A program made the translations under genes and the position numbers. Shown piece by piece: positions 13,901-22,200 of a stretch of DNA of 64,000 nt. The notes under the pieces were generated by a model. The model had not been told where the DNA came from. It saw only the letters and a list, made by a program, of their open reading frames with translations, and did no database searches. How positions within the stretch are numbered: the stretch's first letter is position 1; each line of letters begins with the position of its first letter. Source of the stretch: Haplodiscus bocki (lineage: Eukaryota); contig OZ296651.1 of the NCBI GenBank assembly GCA_965655095.1, positions 117,738,001-117,802,000 of the forward strand. Reading direction: 5' to 3'.

Positions 13901-14204
13901 TCGACCGGAAAGTACGTTTGCCATATTTCATTGCTGCTGTCATGAACTTTAAAAAAAACAGGAAATTTACTAGGTTTTGAGGAACAACCCCACATTTACG
14001 GTGTGAGATGAACTCTGTGCGTATCAGTTGCATCTGCACTGTGCGAGTTAATCTTCAGCCTGGAGAAAAGTATCGTAAAAAAAGAACAAACAACAGTTTT
14101 CAATTATATAAACAAAAATTTAGAACTTCGAACCAATCACCAGAATTGATACCGGAAAAAAATTGAAAGCAAAAAAACCCGCCATCCAGTAAATTGCACC
14201 GTTG

Positions 14205-14221
14205 CCTCCACTGGGTGGTCA
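14205..14221 (+). repeat. 17-bp unit junction J1 (CCTCCACTGGGTGGTCA)
   Basis: Exact 17-mer shared by all 7 junctions; marks the switch from family B to family A sequence. Confidence 0.95.
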
Positions 14222-14810
14222 GGGATGTAACCTTTTTAGAATCCGAGGCCGGGTAGGGTCCCGTTGCCGAGGTTAAATATTAGTCGATAAATTTTCATCT
14301 AGGTGCACTAGGGGTCTGGGAAGCCGATCTCGGGTCCTACCCGATAGAATTTATTCATAATTTGCATGCGGTCCTCAAATGGCGAAGTGAGAAAGGGGAT
14401 GAGGGAAAAAACTTTTTCCATTCACAACGTGATGAGTTATGACGGAATGATCGTGTTTTTTGTCCCGATTTTGACTTCTCATCGCTTTAGTTCCACATCT
14501 ACCCGATACAATTGGCCCAAATTTTGTGTGTGAGGCACAAATGATTTGAACAATTTGCATGCCAAAAATTTTTGGCCCAGCTTTTTTTGTTCGGGAGATA
14601 GGCGCTGATGAATTTGTAAATTTTTGCAAAAAATGCGTCATTCCGTCATTTTTGATCGCCAAAACCAACTTTTTCTCGTATGCTAGCCTTCGCTAAGGAT
14701 GCCAAAACTGAACCGGCAATTGATTTCGGTTAACCAGAAATTTTCGATCGAAATGCCGAAAAAAAAATGACGGATATGACGGGAAAAAAATGACGGAAAT
14801 GACGGATATT
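14222..14810 (+). repeat. Alpha-type head module with inverted repeats and ATGACGG iterations
   Basis: Homologous to 29230-29815 and 31315-31903, more distantly to beta/gamma heads. CGGGTAGGGTCCC (14250) / GGGTCCTACCCG (14332) inverted pair; 4x ATGACGG at 14767-14805. Confidence 0.85.
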
Positions 14811-14842
14811 TTTGTGAGAAAAAAAAAATTTTCCCGGGAAAG

Positions 14843-14918
14843 GATCGCTTTGCGCGTAAAAAGCGCCTAAAAACGCTGGAATTGATCGTTTTGCGCGTAA
14901 AATGCGGCTAACAATGTT
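14843..14918 (+). repeat. Imperfect 41-bp tandem duplication (GATCG(C/T)TTTGCGCGTAAAA...)
   Basis: Copies start at 14843 and 14884; also present in family A copy 2. Confidence 0.7.
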
Positions 14919-15790
14919 TCGCAGCTTCTACACAAGTGGTCGTTGACACTTTGACAGTATTTTGTCTCATATGACACAGTTTTTTCAGCTAAACTCAAAT
15001 TTAATCTAGTTAGGCGTTACTTATGTAAGTTATATTTTATAATCCTACATTTTTTCTCATCAAGTATAATGGCATACATAAATTATATCTTGGATCAGGG
15101 CTCTTTGTTGGTTGTAGAATGCAATAGATGCTTCCATTACGTGTCATTCATTTTGAAAAATAAAAATAAAAGTTTTGGCAATAAGTTTTGCATTCCATTT
15201 CAATTGTTTGCCAGAAATTTTAAGTTTGTTATATTATTGTTCTGAGCATCTATGAGGTTCTTTCGTTTTCCTTGTTATGTTTTTCTGTAGAAATCAGCAG
15301 TGTTGGAACTTTCCACGTTTGCATTACGAGAGTTGAACCTCTTTCATGCCTTGTAAGTTGGAGTGTGTTATGTAATTGTTAATTTTTTTGGTCAGTTTAT
15401 GGTTGGCGTTCAACAAGCACCACTTTGGCATTCGACAAGGAATATTTTGAGAGTATACTTACTCAGCAGTTTGTTTTGTTTGGTGTACAACGCTAACAGT
15501 CCTCATTGTTTTGAATTTGAATCGTATTTAACTAATCATTTTTTCAAGTACTGCAAGTCTTGCTGAAATCACACAAGCATGGTATTTTCGGCATTAAAAA
15601 CGAAAAGTCACTGAAGAGACAGTTAAAAATTCAACTGGTGAACTTCAAATATTCAATGCAGTGAATCTTTTGAATTCAAATGATCCAACTGTTTTTGAAG
15701 TTCCTTTCGATAGAAGATTTTTCTGTAACGCATGTGGCTGTTTCAAAGCCTTCATTGACTGAGTTTTATAGATGTAGGCGCCGCCACTGA

Positions 15791-16213
15791 GTGTTGATGG
15801 GTGTACAGAGTTTTGACGAATCTCATTTTCAGAAAATGGTTTACTCACTTTGTTTAACTTTGTTGATGATTTGGTCTTCTTTATGGACAGTTTTGGAAAA
15901 AGATGGAATTGTTTATGTGAACAATGTCGGAGAAGTCTTCAGCTCAGACGTCACCGTTGGGGAATTTTGTGTCTCTTTGTGTCTTCAGGATCACTTGCAG
16001 TTTATGAGGATCGGCAATTCTGATGAGGTTTCGATGACTCGCAGAATGTTACTTTTGTTTCTGTTGAGAAGTGGTATAGAAACCAACCCTGGCCCGCCAA
16101 AAAAAAAAGAAATTGTGCAGAGAGCCCAGGAAATGCGTAACATGTGGGCGTTTTTATGGCAGCAAAGACTGCTCCTGTTTCCAATCATCCATGGTAAAAG
16201 CCTCAGTTGGTGA
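15791..16213 (+). CDS. Leader ORF with hydrophobic N-terminus and 2A-like ribosome-skipping motif (LLLFLLRSGIETNPGP); probable 5' part of the RepHel gene
   Basis: GIETNPGP encoded at 16073-16096, followed by an A10 run (16099-16108); removing one A fuses it to the RepHel frame. Likely start ATG 15836, behind an acceptor-like TTTTCAG. Confidence 0.65.
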   Translation: MLMGVQSFDESHFQKMVYSLCLTLLMIWSSLWTVLEKDGIVYVNNVGEVFSSDVTVGEFCVSLCLQDHLQFMRIGNSDEVSMTRRMLLLFLLRSGIETNPGPPKKKEIVQRAQEMRNMWAFLWQQRLLLFPIIHGKSLSW

Positions 16214-19200
16214 AGACTATTTTGATCGGTCGCTGTTTTCTGCGCCATTCAATACCATGAGTCTTTTCTCGAACGTGCCGAATTCAACAGCTTTTTCATG
16301 CACAATCGCTAATTTGACGAGAATTTGCATTGTGTTTGGAATACCGTTTGTGGCAAAACCATTGAACACACACTTGTTGGGTGCCAAATCTTTGAACAGT
16401 TTGCATCCATCACAAACTCATCCTGTTCCAGGTGACGGTAATTGTTTGTTCTCTGCTTTAGCGGTGTCAATTGGGTCACAATATTGGTATCATTCACAAC
16501 TACGCCAGCGTATTTGTTTGGCTTTACCCTCCGTAGATATTGCTCCGCATTTTCTGGAAATTTACACAACCATTGATGGAAATGTTGTGGTAGAGACAGC
16601 TTCAAACGTGAACGAATATTTGAATCGTTCCGGAATGAGATCGAATGGTGTGTATGGCACTTGTGTAGAGATCTATGCTTTCGCCCAAATTGCGGTGGCT
16701 GATGTTTACGTTTACCATTGCATGACAAAATTGTGGATAGTTTATAGCTATGCCGGAGATCGTGCTTCAATGGACGTTCCATCTGTCTTCCTGGTACATA
16801 CTCATACAGGTAACCATTTTGAAACGGTAGCAGTGTTGTCGGCAGAAAATCCAAATTCACAGCAAAGTTTGCCTCATGGTTGCGTCCAGAGTTCATTCCC
16901 AGATACGGCATCACAATGCAATGTGATTTCCGCGTCATTTCATGCGAACACTTCTGATCCAAAAGGTAGTGCGTGTTCTGAATTTAAAGTTTTGCCTCAT
17001 TTGTGCGATGAAGGCCTCACATCACCCTCTGTTGGATTGGGCGGTATGCACAACGACCTTTTGTTGCCCAGCAACAGTTGTTTAAGCCTAGCGACAATTG
17101 AATGTGAAGAAAATGGTTCTAAGTGTGACCCGTTGAGCCCAGGTGTTTGCTTCAATGCCCTGCCTCAGGAGATTCAATCCACGCAATCCGCACACAATGG
17201 CACAGCCACAATGATTATGAAGAAAGATAACGCCTGTCGTAATGAGGATGCCTCGAGTGACAATTGTGTTTTGACGTCCACTTTTTCAGCCGACAAAGCA
17301 CAAAACAGAGAAATGTGCGGTAAATGTTGTCGAATTTCAACTCCTGCTTATCCTTTGCAATGGCAAACTCTTGAAAAAACAGCAATCAAACGAAGGAGAT
17401 TTGGTTTGCGACCTACTGCTACCTGTCTGGTCTGCCAAAGTTGTTTCAATTACAATAATGGCGGAAATTGTTGGCGGTACGCTTGGCCTTCCGTGATTCA
17501 TTCGTTACTGAAGGATCTCAGCATTCGAGATTGTACTATGAAAAAATTTGTTTCTTTTTTACCTCCCGAAATACGCGACAGTTGGGCTATGTGTCAACAT
17601 CTGCATCCTGCTGTTTCTATGGGTGATCCATCTGTTCTAGTTGATATAACAAAACGGAAGGAAGTTTTTCTGGACAAAATAAATTCGGGTAATTTCACTG
17701 ATTTGGAGGAAGCCTTAGATAATGAATGTTATCCAAATTGTAGATGTCCCTTCGGTTGTTTCACATTTGTTGAAGAAACAGGTCGAATCGGTTTCAACCA
17801 CCTTGTAAATGGGATTTTGCCTTCATTCACATCGTTCAGCTCTGATTACTTGTACCATTTGCGAGGTGCAAGAGACGATTGGTTGAAACCAATGAAAGTT
17901 TTGGATGCGTTTGATGTTTCCGGCTTTGTCAGTGTTAATGGGGCATATGGCCTTGTTATCGGAACTTGTGTGCAGCATAACAATGGGTCTCACCTGCAGT
18001 ATCTTCACCCGCCTGCACACCCGTCTCTGGGACGTCTCAGTGTTCCTACCAACGACAGATTAGCATTTGTTGCTCCAAATTTGCGTATTTTGAAGAATGT
18101 CAAAGCGAATTACGCTAGTCACACTTTCCAGTTGCTGAAAGCTGTCGGTAATTATTCAGGCATTAGTAGCATTCGCTTGAGCTCTCAACGCCGTTGGGAT
18201 ATTACTTCGGATCTGTTAGTGAAGGCGGAATCTCAATGTAGTTTTTACCGAAGCGATATTCAATATTTTTTGAATAGCTTAGTGTCTTCTGGCGAAACAA
18301 CTGATGAAATCCGACAAGGCATTCAAAGTAAACCGAACATTGAACAGTCGGCTGCTTCTCTTTCCGCATCAACAAGTGTGTCTATAACGGATACGTATCG
18401 TTTATTCAGTTCTCCTGGATTGACTGATGGACAACGCTTATGCGCAAAATTCAAGTCTGTGACGTTCGCTCAGCCTCCGAATTCGTTTGGTTCCTCTCCT
18501 CCAAAAATTTTCAGCTGCAAGACTCACTTTTTGTCGTTGTTGCAAACTTTATTTTGCATCTCTCCTCAACTGTGTCGATCCATATCTGATTCAGCTGGTG
18601 TTGATAATGCGATTTTTCCTTTGCTGCAATTTTTGGACCCTGTAATTTTTCCAAGGTTCCGTCGCTGCACAAGAAAAACTGTGGATGCGTCTATGAGTGA
18701 TGGATTGTCGAAGTTGTTTACAAGATTTCCGGAAAGTCCATCTCGTTGTCTCAGTTTCGGTGTGTCACAATTTTGTGATGATGTCATCCATGAAAACGTG
18801 GCAAGCCGTCAAGATATTTGGCATTTTTTGGAAGCTCAAGAATTTGAAGGTGTAAATGTCATACTTTTTTCATACGCGGGAGTAAATACTTTGCGTTCTA
18901 AATTCAAAGCTCCTCTGAACTTCCAAACTGCTCAGTCCGTTTTCGAGTTGAAATTTATTGCTACTGAAGGTTTAGCGACTCGTAATAACATTCTTTTGAG
19001 GCATGGTGGTGTCTTTCAAAGTTTTTGGGTGTATAAAAGCAAAAGTATTTTTCCTGAACAGGTGAGGCTGCCTTGTGATAGAGCGGTTGATCATTTTATT
19101 AATGACTATTGGAATATCTGTGTTTACTATCGACAGACCTTTGCCGATATTAGTGAGTTGCGGTCGAAATATTTTGAAACACTGGCAGGTCAAGGAAAAT

Positions 19201-22200
19201 TCTTTTGTAAAAAGCATTCTCTGTTACTCACCCGTGATTTTCCTTCAAGTGGTTTCAAATGCTCATGTGGTAGAAGTTCTTTTTTACGTTGTCCAGTGTC
19301 TGGTTGTTTGGCAAGTGTTTGCAGGATGCATTCTGAAGATGAAAGTCAGGAAAAGCACTTTGTTTTTGATGGTAAAAAAAGGATCTTTGGTGAGTCCACA
19401 AAAAACTCAGCGTGCGGCTCAAGTCAGTTAGATGATTGTAGCTATAGCCGTGTTTCTGTCGATTCAGAGAATCGGTCCACATCGCCTACCAACACTGTCG
19501 CGTCCTCGGAATTTGTTACCAACCCTGGCCTTTTAGAGGAAGATTCTGAGGGATCGCATGTTTCGCTGCCTGTTACAACTGCTGCTGGAGATTCAACTGT
19601 TGTTTTGGAACGTGATTTCCGAATAGACAGCACTGATTTTCAGCTCCCACTACATGTTTTATTGAATGGTCAATGCGGTTTACTGAAAAGGAGTAAAGGG
19701 TCTCCGTTGTATGTTGCAGCTAGACATAAGAGATTTCTGGAGAATATCACTGCAACGTCGCCCCCTAATTCTGTCCCTTTGCTTCAGCCGGAAGCCATGT
19801 TGTTTCCGTCCATCTTTTGGCACCAAAATACAGACGGCAGTTATTCGGGTGCAATACCGTCTCCTTTGTATAATGATCACAAACAAAACGAATTGCTCGG
19901 CTTCGCTAGCTTAGAACAACATTTACAAACGCGCTTGAAAGATTCGTCTCTGTTGACGTCAACGGATCCTCGTTACGTCCAATACGTATTTGACACAATA
20001 TTTAACCTACAGCTGCGTGTCAATGACACGAGAATAGTATTGAACAGAGGTTGGAGTGAAGCCGCTCGGCAACGAAAAAATGTACATGCCATGCGAGAAG
20101 GGGCAATTTTTTTTGATCAATGCGATTCTCGGAAGAATGTCAATGAATTGGGAGCAGCTTTGAAAGAACGACCAGCTACATATTTTTTCACTTACACTTG
20201 TGGGCAGTCAACGCATCCTGGCTTGAGGAAGATTTTTAGTGCGTTGGACGCAAAGTTTCCGAAAGACGTCTGTAAAGAGGAGGTCCGAAAATCAGCGATT
20301 CAATCTGAAATGGTCACCATGTTGAGAGCGTGGGAACGAGCTTCTCGTCTTGTCATGAAGTACATTGAAACGTCACCCGAGCAGCCATTGGGAAAGGTTA
20401 ATAAGATTTGGTATCGGTATGAGTTTCAAGATGAAGCTTGTGGGTTCCCTCATGTACATGCTTTGATTTGGACGGCAGAAGATTGCTTTAGTGAAGCAGT
20501 AAGGTCTAGAATTTGTTGCTCGGCAACAACGTTTCTGGGGAATTTATTGACTGAAGTTGGTTCGCACAATTATAGTTTGGATGAGTTGAACGAGTTACGA
20601 GATCTGTTCAACCGTTACCAATCACACAGCTGTTTTAAAGCTAAATTTCGTTGTCAGAAAAAAACTGACAAATTGAAAAGAAAAACGTGCCGCGTGCCCA
20701 AATACCCTCCTTCTGCTAATTTTACCTACAAATGTATTCACAAAGAACTGTCTGAGGAAACGATAGCAGTTTTGAAGAACATCGGATTAGCTGAGTCGAG
20801 TGACTTTGATTGTTCTGTCACCATTGATCAGCGCCTTTGTGGTGGCAAGCATCATTATCCAACAGAAAGTAACACGCACACTTCTCCAACAAACGCCAAA
20901 ATTTTTGCCCTCGTCCGATCTAGCACCAATCTACAAATTTGCGACATTTACATGAGTAGCCGTTATCTGTCAAAATATGTTGCAGGCGTGGAGGAACGCG
21001 CCGAAGTTTCTATTTCTACGTCAAGTGCAACAGATTTGTATGACTTCCATGTTGATCAACAAGTGAACAACAAAATCGCTGGGGTATACTTGACCAATAT
21101 GAGCAAGGAGGAAAAGCCAAAGAAAAAGTGTTTGAACTCTCGCATTTTGAGTTTAACGGAATCCGTGTGGTGGTCATTGCGATTTCCTTACGTGGTGACC
21201 AATATACAATTCATTCATGTTGTCACTGCCCCGCGAGAGAAACGGGCTGGAATAGTCATTGAACCGAAATGCAGGCTTTCTAGTAGCAATCAGGGTCCTC
21301 TTTTTGGGCGCCAGAGTTCCATTAGACACAGCAAGGACTTTCCTCCTCACCGTTGCTTCACGGTTAATCAGAAGCTGCTGATAATTGATGCAGAAAAAAG
21401 TTCTCTTTCTCCAGACAAGATAACAGTTTTTGGTGTACGACCCCCTGAACTAACTTTTGTGCTCAAAGTGGAAAACTATTTTACTTGGTTCTGCCGCTTC
21501 CGAAAGCCCTCAAAGTTGACACCAGAAAGTTTACTAAAGAGAAATGTAACCAAATCATATTGGGTGGATGGCCTCGGCTATTGCATATACCTTAATGCTT
21601 TGTACAAAGAAGCTTTTTTCAACTACTGTCGCAACTTTTCTAGTGGGGTCCGTCGTTTCTCCAGGCAATGTCATGAAGCCATTGCATGTACAACGAGCAG
21701 TTCAAGTCACAAGTTCATTTATGACAAAAAGGTTTGTCAAACTCAAGTAGTTTTATCGAACGTTGTTCCGAGGAACACAACCAATTTTTTGACCCACATT
21801 CTGTTGTCTCTTGGAGAATACGTAACCGAACTTGACATTTTTTCTCAATCGAATATGAAATCTGCGTTCTTTGAGGCTTCTTTAGCGAGGTCTCATTTAG
21901 GATGCGAAGATTCCGAAGTTATTGATGTTGTTCGGCGCTTTGTGCTTGAACAATTACGCTATTATCCAGGATCATCTACTTTACTAGATCGATTTGTTAC
22001 GAGTGCCTATTTGTGCATCCAGCAAGCAGCACAAAATAATTCGGTCGTTTTTCCGAGCTCAACACCGCGCGTCTTAGAACAGAGTATTGCGCAGCAGAGT
22101 GACAGCAATATTTCACACGAATTAAATGCGCAGAAAGAGAGTCTTCTGTGTGCCATTGCCAATGGGGGTTATGTTGGTTTACCAACGTATGCAGAATTGA

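Larger units (their letters stand above)
1..14204 (-). mobile_element. Helitron-like element, family B, copy 1 (left end outside window; degenerate)
   Basis: Contains a disrupted RepHel polyprotein and an SGNH gene on the minus strand. Colinear with 50955-64000 (pos 1 ~ 50955, pos 12857 ~ 64000). Ends at the 17-bp junction at 14205 with a tail (CCGCCATCCAGTAAATTGCACCGTTG) resembling beta-unit tails. Confidence 0.85.

Noticed and set aside
14205-14400. Junction/head as a tRNA, 5S, snRNA or spliced-leader gene targeted by the elements
   Set aside because: I recognised no cloverleaf, A/B boxes, Sm site or known RNA sequence; an Rfam search would be needed to exclude it fully.
14375-14668. Short ORFs inside head modules and short units (e.g. 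14375-14668, 30333-30530, 30863-31081, 46677-46979)
   Set aside because: They recur only because the DNA is repeated; frames are not kept across alpha/beta/gamma types.
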